From positions 133,165 to 197,164 of the forward strand of contig CALXPN010000001.1 in the NCBI GenBank assembly GCA_944390285.1: 64,000 nt of DNA. The letters are read 5' to 3'. Shown in pieces: positions 28,346 to 37,527 of this stretch. A program made the translations under genes and the position numbers. Source of the stretch: an uncultured Clostridia bacterium (GTDB lineage Bacteria; Bacillota; Clostridia; TANB77; CAG-508). Each line of letters begins with the position of its first letter. Position 1 is the stretch's first letter. Below the pieces are notes generated by a model that did no database searches, was not told the DNA's origin, and saw only the letters and a list, made by a program, of their open reading frames with translations.

Positions 28346-28891
28346 TTATATTTGTTTTCCTATAACCTCAATATATATTTCATATTTCCAAGAATTATTA
28401 TTTAAAGTTTCTATATCTATTATATTATTTTCGTTCTCATTAATACTCCATTCCCAATAAATAATAATAAACCTTTTTTGATTATTTTTTTCTACTAATA
28501 TGTCTCCATATAAATTTTCTTCTGCTAATTTTGAAAAAGAACTATATTTATCTGTTTTTTTTATAATATTCTCATTTTGATCTTTTATTTCTGCGAAAAA
28601 ATAAAAATCATTTGGAAGATTTTTTTCTTCTAATACATTTATCTTATAACTAATTCCTGTTTCAGATTTTTCTGCATCTATTTCTATTTCAAATTCTCCT
28701 TTACTGCCAGGAAACAATTTCTCTTTTGATAAACTAATATCAGATATCTGATTTGGAGAATTAAAAGACCATTTTAATACTTTTTTAGAATTTATATGGT
28801 TTTTATAACTTGAAAAAATATATCCTATTAGAAATACTATTGATATTATAATGAAAAAAAATAATATACCAATAATTTTCTTTATATTCAA
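28346..28891 (-). CDS. small secreted/membrane-anchored protein (181 aa)
   Basis: N-terminal anchor (IIGILFFFIIISIVFLIGYIF). Body contains an LFPGSKGEFEIEID-type beta motif; loosely TasA/camelysin-like, not firm. Confidence 0.5.
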   Translation of the reverse strand: MNIKKIIGILFFFIIISIVFLIGYIFSSYKNHINSKKVLKWSFNSPNQISDISLSKEKLFPGSKGEFEIEIDAEKSETGISYKINVLEEKNLPNDFYFFAEIKDQNENIIKKTDKYSSFSKLAEENLYGDILVEKNNQKRFIIIYWEWSINENENNIIDIETLNNNSWKYEIYIEVIGKQI

Positions 28892-29304
28892 GCAAACCTC
28901 CTTTATAAAAAATTAGAGTTAAATATTTTAACTTGTAAATCTTTATTTATATTATTTTAGGGGCATAAAATAAACTATCACTTTTAATAAACTAGAATCT
29001 AACTTTGAATTTGGATTTTGCTATAAATATTAGCAAGTTCAAAGCTTAGAAAAAATACAATAATAAGAAAATATTTTAAATGTGCTTGGGACGCAAAAAA
29101 GAATTTTCTTTAATTTTTTATTTAACTATTTAATTTTATTTGGAAAATAATAAATATTAGAACAATATTTATTGTTTAGATATAATTCACAGTTAAAATA
29201 CTTAACTCTTGAATGAAATTATAGCACCATATTTTTAAATAGATATATTTTGTATTCATTTAGAAACATTTTTTCTTTTAATTTGTTTGTCTTATTCTTA
29301 TCTA

Positions 29305-29360
29305 TAAAATAAAAGTGACATGTTTTAATATTTATTCATGCCACTTTTGTTTTTAGTTTT
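29305..29360 (-). terminator. hairpin terminator downstream of the alpha-glucan phosphorylase gene
   Basis: AAAAGTGACATG (29311-22) and CATGCCACTTTT (29337-48) form a ~11-bp stem with 1 mismatch. T-rich runs on both sides. Confidence 0.45.
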
Positions 29361-29394
29361 ATACTTAAAACATTATAGATTCTAATAATATTCT

Positions 29395-31956
29395 TTATTT
29401 AGTTATCCATTTTACTAAATCTAAATCTTCAGAATCTATTAACATTGGATGTTTTGGCATCACTCTAAATGTGTAACCAAAATTTCCTCCAGTTTTTAAA
29501 TCTAAAACTGCTTCATAAGTATATTTATGATTTGCTTTATCTTCTGATATTTTATTCATTGTTTCTGTATAAACATTTCTTACAGTACCATTATCTAAAA
29601 ATTGTCCAAAATAAACTTGAACATCTGCATTTTCTTCATTAATATTTGGAAGATATACTTCACAACTAACTGTTATTTGAGTTCCTGCAACTAATTTAGC
29701 ATTATCTACATTTCTATCTTGAACAAGTTCGATTTTATCCCAATTTGATTTTGCATTTCTCTTCCAAGCTGTAAAATCTGCTACTTCTTCTAAGTTTTCA
29801 AAATGTTGCTTTCTTAAATTACATAATGGCATATATAAATCACTTACATATTCTGAAACCATTCTTGAAGTACTATATTTTCCACCAGTAGTTTTTATAG
29901 AGTTTTTCATATATGTCATCCATTCTTTAGAAACACCTTCTTTATCTTGATTATAATAAGCAGTTATAATTTTGTTTTCTAAAGTATGATATAAGCTATT
30001 ACTATCCGCTTTATCTTGTTCTTCATAAGAATTATAACTCGCATTAGTTCCTATTGTCCATCCATTTGTTCCTGTATATCCTTCACACCACCATCCATCT
30101 AAAACACTAAAATTTATTACTCCATTTACAGAAGCTTTTTCCCCTGATGTTCCAGATGCTTCCATTGGTCTTCTAGGATTATTAAGCCATACATCAACTC
30201 CACTTATTAAATATCTAGAAATACCAATATTATAATTTTCTAATAAAAATATTTTTCCTTTAAATTGTGGCATTAATGATATTTCATGGATATATTTTAT
30301 TAAATCTTGTCCTTCTTTATCTTGAGGATGAGCTTTTCCTGCAAAAACAATTTGAACTGGTCTTTCTTCATCATTTAATATTTGAGTTAGTCTAGCTATA
30401 TCCTTAAAAATCAATGTTGCTCTTTTGTAAGTTGCAAATCTTCTTGCAAAACCTATTGTTAATGCTCTAGGATTCAAATTATTTACTATTTCAGCAATTT
30501 GATCATATCCGATTCCGCTACTTACATATCTTTCTGTTATATTTTCCTTAATTAATCTTATTAATTTTTCTTTTCTTTCAATATGAGCTTCCCATAATTT
30601 ATTATTTGGTATACTGTCTATTTTTTCCCATGTAGAATCAAATTGAATATTATCTTGCCAATATGGTGGTAAATACTCATTATAAAGTTCTTTTATGTTT
30701 GGTGCAAGCCATGAACATGTATGAATTCCATTTGTTACATATGTTATTGGTGATTCATCTTCTGCTATATTTGGCCATACATCACTAAATAACTCTCTTG
30801 ATACTTCTCCATGTAATTTACTTACTCCATTTTTCTTACCTGCAATTTTTAAAGCAAGTATTCCCATATTAAATCCTGATTCTAATTCATTACCTGGCAT
30901 ACCTAATTTTAAAAACTCTTCTTTTGTTATACCAAGCTTATCCCAAAAACCATTAAAATATTTTTCTATAAGCCATAAATCAAATATGTCATTTCCAGCA
31001 GGAACTGGAGTATGAGTTGTAAACACAGTTTTAACAGTTGCAATTTCTTTAGCCATTTCGAAAGAAATTTGTTTTTCTTCCATAATATTTTTTATTAATT
31101 CTAATGTTAAAAATGAAGAATGTCCTTCATTCATATGATATACACTTGGATTATAACCTAATACTTTTAAGGCTTTTACTCCAGCCATACCCAGAACAAT
31201 CTCCTGACGGATTCTCATTTCTTTATCTCCGCCATACAAACGAAGAGTTATGTTCTTAAATTCTTCTTCATTTTGTTCTATATCAGAGTCCATTAAATAT
31301 AATTTAATTCTTCCTACATTTATTTGCCATAATTTTAAATATAGAGTTTTATTTTCTAATGGTATATCTATTATTACATCATCATCCATTTTATCTTTTA
31401 CTGGTAAAACTGGAAGATTGTATAAATCAATATTATGATATTCAGAACATTGCTCACCACGTGAATTTATTTTTTGATGAAAATATCCATTTTTATATAA
31501 TAAACCTATTGCTACAAAAGGTACTCCCAAATCACTTGCTGATTTTAAATGATCTCCTGATAATATTCCAAGACCACCTGAATATATAGGAATTATTTCA
31601 TCTAAACCATATTCTGCTGAAAAATATGCTATTAAATCGTCTTTATTGCTTGGATATTTTTTATTAAACCAAGTATCCTTACTTTTCATATAATCTTCAA
31701 AGTTTTCAACTACTTTATCATATTCTTCAAGAAAATCATTATCTAAAATCATTTGTTCAATTTTTTCTTGACTAATCATTTTCAAAAATTTAACTGGATT
31801 TTTTTCACATCTTTCCCATAAATCTGGATCCATTCTTTTTAACAGTTTCAAAAACTCTGTATTCCAAGACCACCATAAATTATTAGAAATTTCCGACAAT
31901 TTTGATATTCTTTGTGGTAATTGTGGTACTACAGTAACTCTATTGAATATATACAT
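29395..31956 (-). CDS. alpha-glucan phosphorylase (GT35, glgP-family, long C-terminal extension)
   Basis: 853 aa. Phosphorylase blocks (YFSAEYGL, GGLGILSGDHLKSASDLG, EASGTSGEKASVNG with PLP-lysine context). AAAGGAGGA RBS. Confidence 0.9.
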   Translation of the reverse strand: MYIFNRVTVVPQLPQRISKLSEISNNLWWSWNTEFLKLLKRMDPDLWERCEKNPVKFLKMISQEKIEQMILDNDFLEEYDKVVENFEDYMKSKDTWFNKKYPSNKDDLIAYFSAEYGLDEIIPIYSGGLGILSGDHLKSASDLGVPFVAIGLLYKNGYFHQKINSRGEQCSEYHNIDLYNLPVLPVKDKMDDDVIIDIPLENKTLYLKLWQINVGRIKLYLMDSDIEQNEEEFKNITLRLYGGDKEMRIRQEIVLGMAGVKALKVLGYNPSVYHMNEGHSSFLTLELIKNIMEEKQISFEMAKEIATVKTVFTTHTPVPAGNDIFDLWLIEKYFNGFWDKLGITKEEFLKLGMPGNELESGFNMGILALKIAGKKNGVSKLHGEVSRELFSDVWPNIAEDESPITYVTNGIHTCSWLAPNIKELYNEYLPPYWQDNIQFDSTWEKIDSIPNNKLWEAHIERKEKLIRLIKENITERYVSSGIGYDQIAEIVNNLNPRALTIGFARRFATYKRATLIFKDIARLTQILNDEERPVQIVFAGKAHPQDKEGQDLIKYIHEISLMPQFKGKIFLLENYNIGISRYLISGVDVWLNNPRRPMEASGTSGEKASVNGVINFSVLDGWWCEGYTGTNGWTIGTNASYNSYEEQDKADSNSLYHTLENKIITAYYNQDKEGVSKEWMTYMKNSIKTTGGKYSTSRMVSEYVSDLYMPLCNLRKQHFENLEEVADFTAWKRNAKSNWDKIELVQDRNVDNAKLVAGTQITVSCEVYLPNINEENADVQVYFGQFLDNGTVRNVYTETMNKISEDKANHKYTYEAVLDLKTGGNFGYTFRVMPKHPMLIDSEDLDLVKWITK

Positions 31957-32217
31957 TTATATATCCTCCTTTGTATTTTAAAATTTTATCTTCATTTGCC
32001 ATTCATACTAATAATTATCTATTAAAATATTTTTTTTGTCAATTGTTTTATAATAAATTTGAATAAAAACTCTTTAACTCTTTTAAAAAATTTTCTATAC
32101 TTTTAATGATGATTTAATGAGTTTTATTCATATTACATTTTGATTACATTTTAATTTTTGTCTTTTTTTATCAAAATTTATATATTATAATAATATTATT
32201 ATAGGGGGAAATTTAAT

Positions 32218-32547
32218 ATGAAATTAAATAACAAAAGAAATATTGCAATTTATAAAAAAAGTATATATGCTGAACAATTATATTATTATTCTAAATTATG
32301 TGAAGTTTATAAAATGCTTTCAGATTCATCTGAAAACTTAAAATCAGCAGAAGATGTTGAAAAAAGATATTCCCGTGTACTTTCAGATGCAACATATGGA
32401 GATATTTCATATTTAGATAAACAACATACAAATTTTTCTAAAGATGAAATAGATTTAATAAAACAATATGCAATTTTTGCTCAAAAGTTTAATGATTTTA
32501 GAAAATTTTCACAAACATTAGAGGAGGTTTTAAAAAATGGCAAATAA
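32218..32547 (+). CDS. hypothetical protein (109 aa)
   Basis: AGGGGGAA RBS. Translationally coupled to the next gene (ATG at 32537 overlaps its 3' end). Confidence 0.4.
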   Translation: MKLNNKRNIAIYKKSIYAEQLYYYSKLCEVYKMLSDSSENLKSAEDVEKRYSRVLSDATYGDISYLDKQHTNFSKDEIDLIKQYAIFAQKFNDFRKFSQTLEEVLKNGK

Positions 32548-33595
32548 TGAAAGAACTTTTCATGTTTTTGATTTGGCAAATGATACAGAATTTCAAAAAA
32601 CTATAGAAGCTAGTTCCCCCGTTATAATAGAGTTTGACAAAAAAATGAGAAAAAGATCTCCAAATACAAATGCACTTAATGCTTCTATAAAAACAAGACA
32701 AGCCATTAGGAGTACTAATGCTGTACAAGACGGTCATATATCTAAAAAAGTTCAATCCCAACATCCAAAAAACTTTGGTGTAAATTTTGATAGATCCAGA
32801 ACAATAAAAAGAAATAAGAGATTAGGTCATAATAAAGTTTTTAAATCAAAAATTCCACAATTAAAAAGAATTAGAAATTTTGCAATTGCTTTTGGAATCT
32901 CAGCTACTGCTATAATAGGTGGAATAAATATTATTAATAATCATGTAAATAATTCTAATACATATAATAGATATGAGCAAGAATTAAATGATTTAGAAAA
33001 TACAAAAATATTAGCTGATGAATTAGATCTTTCTCAAGATACATTACTAGAATATGGTGCTCTAAAATTGGATTTAGCAGATATGGAAAAATATCCAGAA
33101 GATTTTTCTAAAGATGATATTTCTGAAAAATTAAATTTCTTAAAAGATATTGGAGCCCAAGCTTTTTTTGAAAAATTTAAAACTTCTTATGAAGAAAATC
33201 ATCCAGGTGAAACAATAATTTCCTCATCAGGTCTATTTGATCATACTGTTAATATGAAAAAAAGTTCTGCAGCTGTACCAGATTCTGAATATTTCATAGA
33301 ATATACTTATGAAAAAAATGATGATGAAATTTCAAAACAAATATCAAATATATCATCTACAACTTTAGATTATATAAAAGCTCAAGAAAGACTAAGTGAA
33401 ATATTAGTTGAAATGTCAGATTATGAAAATTTAACAACTGTTCAAAAAGCTGATATTTTAAAAGAAGTAAACAATAATATAATAAATAAATTTGATAAAA
33501 GATTTATTTATAATTCTAAGATCACTGATATAACATTACCTACTTTTGATAAATCTGAAAAAACTGTTTTACCAGAAGAACATGATGATAGATAA
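32537..33595 (+). CDS. hypothetical single-pass membrane protein (352 aa)
   Basis: GGAGGAGG RBS. ~115-aa basic cytoplasmic N-domain, TM (FAIAFGISATAIIGGINIIN), ~210-aa acidic extracytoplasmic domain. Confidence 0.45.
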   Translation: MANNERTFHVFDLANDTEFQKTIEASSPVIIEFDKKMRKRSPNTNALNASIKTRQAIRSTNAVQDGHISKKVQSQHPKNFGVNFDRSRTIKRNKRLGHNKVFKSKIPQLKRIRNFAIAFGISATAIIGGINIINNHVNNSNTYNRYEQELNDLENTKILADELDLSQDTLLEYGALKLDLADMEKYPEDFSKDDISEKLNFLKDIGAQAFFEKFKTSYEENHPGETIISSSGLFDHTVNMKKSSAAVPDSEYFIEYTYEKNDDEISKQISNISSTTLDYIKAQERLSEILVEMSDYENLTTVQKADILKEVNNNIINKFDKRFIYNSKITDITLPTFDKSEKTVLPEEHDDR

Positions 33596-33642
33596 ACAAA
33601 AATAGCACATGAAATCAATTTTTCATGTGCTATTTTTGTTTT

Positions 33643-34035
33643 TTATATTTCAAATGAATTTGGCAATAATTCTTCTATTGTATATTCTTCAATCTTTCCA
33701 TCATACACTGTAAAAATCTTAAAATCTTTATCTACAAATTCACTCATAAATTGTCTACAATACCCACAAGGAAGACATTTTTCTGGTTCTTTATCTTTTG
33801 GTCCTCCCATAACTAAAATTCTTTCAAATTCTGTTTCACCTTCAGAGATTGCTTTACAAAATGCAACTCTTTCTGCACAAATACTTTGAATTCCATTGTT
33901 CTCTACATTACATCCTGTATATTTTTTTCCATTTTTAGTTTTTAAAACAGCACCAACATTATAACCAGAATATTTTGTATATGCTCTTTTTCTCATATTA
34001 TTAGCTAAAATAATATCATCATCTAAATTTATCAT
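33643..34035 (-). CDS. cdd: cytidine deaminase
   Basis: CAERVAF (zinc-binding HAE/CAE) and CLPCGYCRQ (PCxxC) motifs, 130 aa. Confidence 0.9.
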   Translation of the reverse strand: MINLDDDIILANNMRKRAYTKYSGYNVGAVLKTKNGKKYTGCNVENNGIQSICAERVAFCKAISEGETEFERILVMGGPKDKEPEKCLPCGYCRQFMSEFVDKDFKIFTVYDGKIEEYTIEELLPNSFEI

Positions 34036-34044
34036 TTTCTCCTC

Positions 34045-34839
34045 CTATTTATATTTTCTAATATTTATTAAATATTTTCCACTTCTTGTCGTTTTTTCTA
34101 TACTGTCAAAAATAAATTTTCCTTTTCCTCTTATTGTTATAATATCATTTACTTGTAATCTTTTTGATTCTTTAAATTCATTTACTGAATTTATATATAC
34201 TTTTCCTAAAGAAATTACTTCAGTAGCTTTTGTTCTAGAACACCTTGCAAGTTCTGAAATAAAATTATCTAATCTAATTGAAGAAACTATTATATTAATA
34301 TTTTCATATTCTGGTTTTATTATCGTAACATCTTTAATATTCTCAATGCTTATATGAGATTTTCTAAATCTTGTTAGCATTTTTAAATCTTCACACAAAA
34401 CATCTGCAAGTTCTGAAAATACTATTATATCAGCTCCAAAATCAGTTACTATTATATCGCCAAATTTTTCTCTTTTTATTCCTAATTTCATTATTCCACT
34501 CAAAAACTCACTATGTTTATAATTTAAGTTTGATGGTAATTTTATTCTAATTACTTTAAAGATTTTATTATAGTTTTTTTCTATAGCACTTCTATCTAAT
34601 TTTTCTGGAAAAAAAATTAAAATACATCTATCTGCCTCTTCTTTTCCTCCCCAAAAAATATAGTTATTTATCTTTTCTTCATCTAAAATTTTTTTCAAAA
34701 TATATACTTCTGATTTTGCTAAAAAATCTGTATATGTTATTTTATTTCTAGTTTTGCAAAACTCATATTTATCTATTAATTTTGCAATTAACATTTTAAA
34801 TTCAGTATTTTTATACTTTTCTCTTGCTTTTTCAAACAT
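34045..34839 (-). CDS. S4-domain RNA-binding protein (YlmH-like)
   Basis: C-terminal S4 fold (RLDNFISELARCSRTKATEVISLGKVYINS), 264 aa. Confidence 0.6.
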   Translation of the reverse strand: MFEKAREKYKNTEFKMLIAKLIDKYEFCKTRNKITYTDFLAKSEVYILKKILDEEKINNYIFWGGKEEADRCILIFFPEKLDRSAIEKNYNKIFKVIRIKLPSNLNYKHSEFLSGIMKLGIKREKFGDIIVTDFGADIIVFSELADVLCEDLKMLTRFRKSHISIENIKDVTIIKPEYENINIIVSSIRLDNFISELARCSRTKATEVISLGKVYINSVNEFKESKRLQVNDIITIRGKGKFIFDSIEKTTRSGKYLINIRKYK

Positions 34840-34850
34840 TTTATTCTCTC

Positions 34851-36746
34851 TTATGGTTTCATATTTTTCTTTATAACATCTATATTTGGAATTTTATTTA
34901 TATTTAATTCATATTCTATATTTTCCGCTATAGATTTAGCATCTAATCCATATTTTTTTTCAATTTCATCTGTATTTCCATGTTTTATAAATTCATCTGG
35001 ATATGCACATTTTATTAAACTTGAATATATTTTATTTTTTTGCATTAATTCTTCTACTTTACTTCCTAAGCCACCTATAATTGTACCATCTTCTATAGTA
35101 ACAACTAAATTATTTATATTATTTAATAATGTACACTCATCAAATGGTTTTAAAAATCTAGAATTAATAACTGTTGCTTCTATTCCATTGCTCTCTAAAA
35201 GATTAGAAACTTCAATTGCTCTTGAAACCATTTTTCCTATTGAAATTATTGTTACATCTGTACCTGTTTTTAATATCTCAGATTTACCTAGAACTATTTT
35301 TTGAGAACTTTCAAACGAAAAAGCCTCTCCTCCTCTTGGATATCGTATTAAAACAGGTTTTTTTAAGTTTACAGAAAACTCTAACATCTGACTTAATTCA
35401 TTAAAATCTTTTGGTGCCATTATATTAAAATTCGGTATTCCATTTGTAAAAGATAAATCGAGTAATCCTTGATGTGTTTCACCATCATTTCCTACAATTC
35501 CTGCTCTATCTGCACAAATTATAACAGGCAAATTCTGTATTGCCACATCATGTACTAATTGATCATAAGCTCTCTGAATAAATGATGAGTACAGCGGTAC
35601 AACAGGTATTAAACCTGCTTTCGCCATTCCAGCTGCCATTCCAACAGCATGTTGTTCAGCAATTCCAACATCAAAAAATCTTTTTGGATATTTTTTTGCA
35701 AATTCACTAAGTCCTGTACCATCTTTCATTGCAGCAGTAATAGCAACAATTTTATTATTTTGTTTTGCAAGTTTTACTAATGTTTCTCCAAAAACTTTTG
35801 AATAATCTTTTTTACTCCCTCCAACTTTTTGTCCATTTTTTTTATTAAACTTTGATGTACTATGAAATCTATCTGGCATATCTTCAGCTGGTTTATAACC
35901 TTTTCCTTTTTTAGTTAAAACATGTATTAAAATTGGACCTTCTTGTTGTTTAGCAATTTCTAATATGTCTTCTAATTTTTCTAAATTATGGCCATCTACT
36001 GGTCCTAGATATCTAAAACCAATATCTTCAAAATACATCTTAGGTATTACTAATTGCTTTATTCCTCTTTTTCCTTTTTGTACTAATTTAATGACTTTAT
36101 TTCCTATGAAAGGAATTTTACTAATTGATTTTTTACCTTTTAAATTTACTTTTACATATGTACTTTTAGTTCTAAGTTTAGAAAGCATCATAGAAATTCC
36201 ACCAACATTTCTAGATATACTCATTTCATTATCATTTAGTATAACAATCATATTAGTATTACTACTTCCAACATCATTTAATGCTTCTAGTGCCATTCCT
36301 CCTGTTAATGCACCGTCACCTATTAATGCTATTATTTTATTATTTTCACCTTTTATGTCTCTTGCTCTTGCCATTCCAAGTGCAATTGATATAGATGTAC
36401 TACTATGCCCTGTATTAAAATTATCATATATACTTTCATTTGTTTTTGGAAATCCAGCAATTCCATTCATTTTTCTAAGAGTATTTAACTTATTCTTTCT
36501 GCCTGTTAAAATTTTATGTACATAAGTTTGATGTCCAACATCCCATATAATTTTATCTATTGGTGTATTAAATACACTATGTAGTGCTATAGTAAGCTCC
36601 ACTACTCCTAAGTTAGATGCTAAATGTCCACCTGTTTCTGAAACTGTATCTACAATCTTTTCTCTTATTTCTTGTGCAAGAACTTTTTTTTCATCTATAT
36701 TTAAATGTTTTAAATCTTCTGGATAATTAACTTTTTCTAATATCAT
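34851..36746 (-). CDS. dxs: 1-deoxy-D-xylulose-5-phosphate synthase
   Basis: TPP-binding GDGALTGGMALEALN, GHSSTSIS, transketolase-like C-domain, 631 aa. Confidence 0.95.
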   Translation of the reverse strand: MILEKVNYPEDLKHLNIDEKKVLAQEIREKIVDTVSETGGHLASNLGVVELTIALHSVFNTPIDKIIWDVGHQTYVHKILTGRKNKLNTLRKMNGIAGFPKTNESIYDNFNTGHSSTSISIALGMARARDIKGENNKIIALIGDGALTGGMALEALNDVGSSNTNMIVILNDNEMSISRNVGGISMMLSKLRTKSTYVKVNLKGKKSISKIPFIGNKVIKLVQKGKRGIKQLVIPKMYFEDIGFRYLGPVDGHNLEKLEDILEIAKQQEGPILIHVLTKKGKGYKPAEDMPDRFHSTSKFNKKNGQKVGGSKKDYSKVFGETLVKLAKQNNKIVAITAAMKDGTGLSEFAKKYPKRFFDVGIAEQHAVGMAAGMAKAGLIPVVPLYSSFIQRAYDQLVHDVAIQNLPVIICADRAGIVGNDGETHQGLLDLSFTNGIPNFNIMAPKDFNELSQMLEFSVNLKKPVLIRYPRGGEAFSFESSQKIVLGKSEILKTGTDVTIISIGKMVSRAIEVSNLLESNGIEATVINSRFLKPFDECTLLNNINNLVVTIEDGTIIGGLGSKVEELMQKNKIYSSLIKCAYPDEFIKHGNTDEIEKKYGLDAKSIAENIEYELNINKIPNIDVIKKNMKP

Positions 36747-36755
36747 TTTTTTCTC

Positions 36756-37406
36756 CTATACCATTAATACTGCAAGTAGTGAAGTTAACAAAGGTACTGA
36801 AATATTATCTGTTCCTTTAATAGAAATGGCTTCCACTATTGTGATTAAAACTGAAACTAATATAGCTTTTATAACTATATATGATGTATTATAATATAAA
36901 AAGTACCCTGACATTATTATTAAAGTAATACAAAACATAGTAATAGTCCCAGCTAAAGTTTTAGTGTTTTTCCCTATAGTATATTTTGGACTTTTAATAG
37001 AAGTTCCCACAATTGCTGCAAAACCATCACCATATCCCATTACCATAACTCCACACAATCCTACAACTGGATCTTTTAAAAATCCAAAACTATATATTGA
37101 TAATATAAATAAACTTAAAGCATAATATACTGTTCCCAAACTCTTATTATCTTCATCTTCTCTTTCCATTACATTTATTATATTGTTTTTATAAGATAAA
37201 TAATTTACTAAAATAAATATTGCAGGAACTAGCATTGCAAAAAACACATTATCAAAATACATCATTGCTATAAACCACCAGTTGGCAAGCATAATATGTA
37301 TAAATTTTCTACTTGCTTCTTTTCCAGCTTTTTCAAAAAAACTTGCTGATATTATAACTATTGCTATAAAAATTATTGACGCTAATATTCCAAATATATT
37401 ATTCAT
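36756..37406 (-). CDS. integral membrane protein, DUF92 / polyprenol(dolichol/phytol)-kinase-like (CdsA superfamily)
   Basis: 216 aa, 6-7 TM, conserved MGYGDGFAAIVGT block typical of CTP-dependent polyprenol kinase-like proteins. Confidence 0.45.
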   Translation of the reverse strand: MNNIFGILASIIFIAIVIISASFFEKAGKEASRKFIHIMLANWWFIAMMYFDNVFFAMLVPAIFILVNYLSYKNNIINVMEREDEDNKSLGTVYYALSLFILSIYSFGFLKDPVVGLCGVMVMGYGDGFAAIVGTSIKSPKYTIGKNTKTLAGTITMFCITLIIMSGYFLYYNTSYIVIKAILVSVLITIVEAISIKGTDNISVPLLTSLLAVLMV

Positions 37407-37475
37407 TTCTTCACCCTAATTATTTTTTTTATAATATAAATTATTATATTTATTAATTTATTTTAAATTATATCA

Positions 37476-37507
37476 AAAAAAATGCTTTATAAAAAGCATT
37501 TTTTTCA
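37476..37507. terminator. bidirectional rho-independent terminator
   Basis: AAAAAAAATGCTTT-ATAA-AAAGCATTTTTTT: ~13-bp stem and 4-nt loop flanked by A and T runs, between the acyl-CoA ligase stop and the next gene. Confidence 0.65.
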
Positions 37508-37527
37508 AAATTTACATTTTAGACACA

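Noticed and set aside
31957-32217. Riboswitch/T-box in the 260-nt spacer upstream of the 32218 operon
   Set aside because: No conserved T-box specifier/antiterminator or other recognisable riboswitch core sequences are visible; a plain divergent promoter region is more likely.
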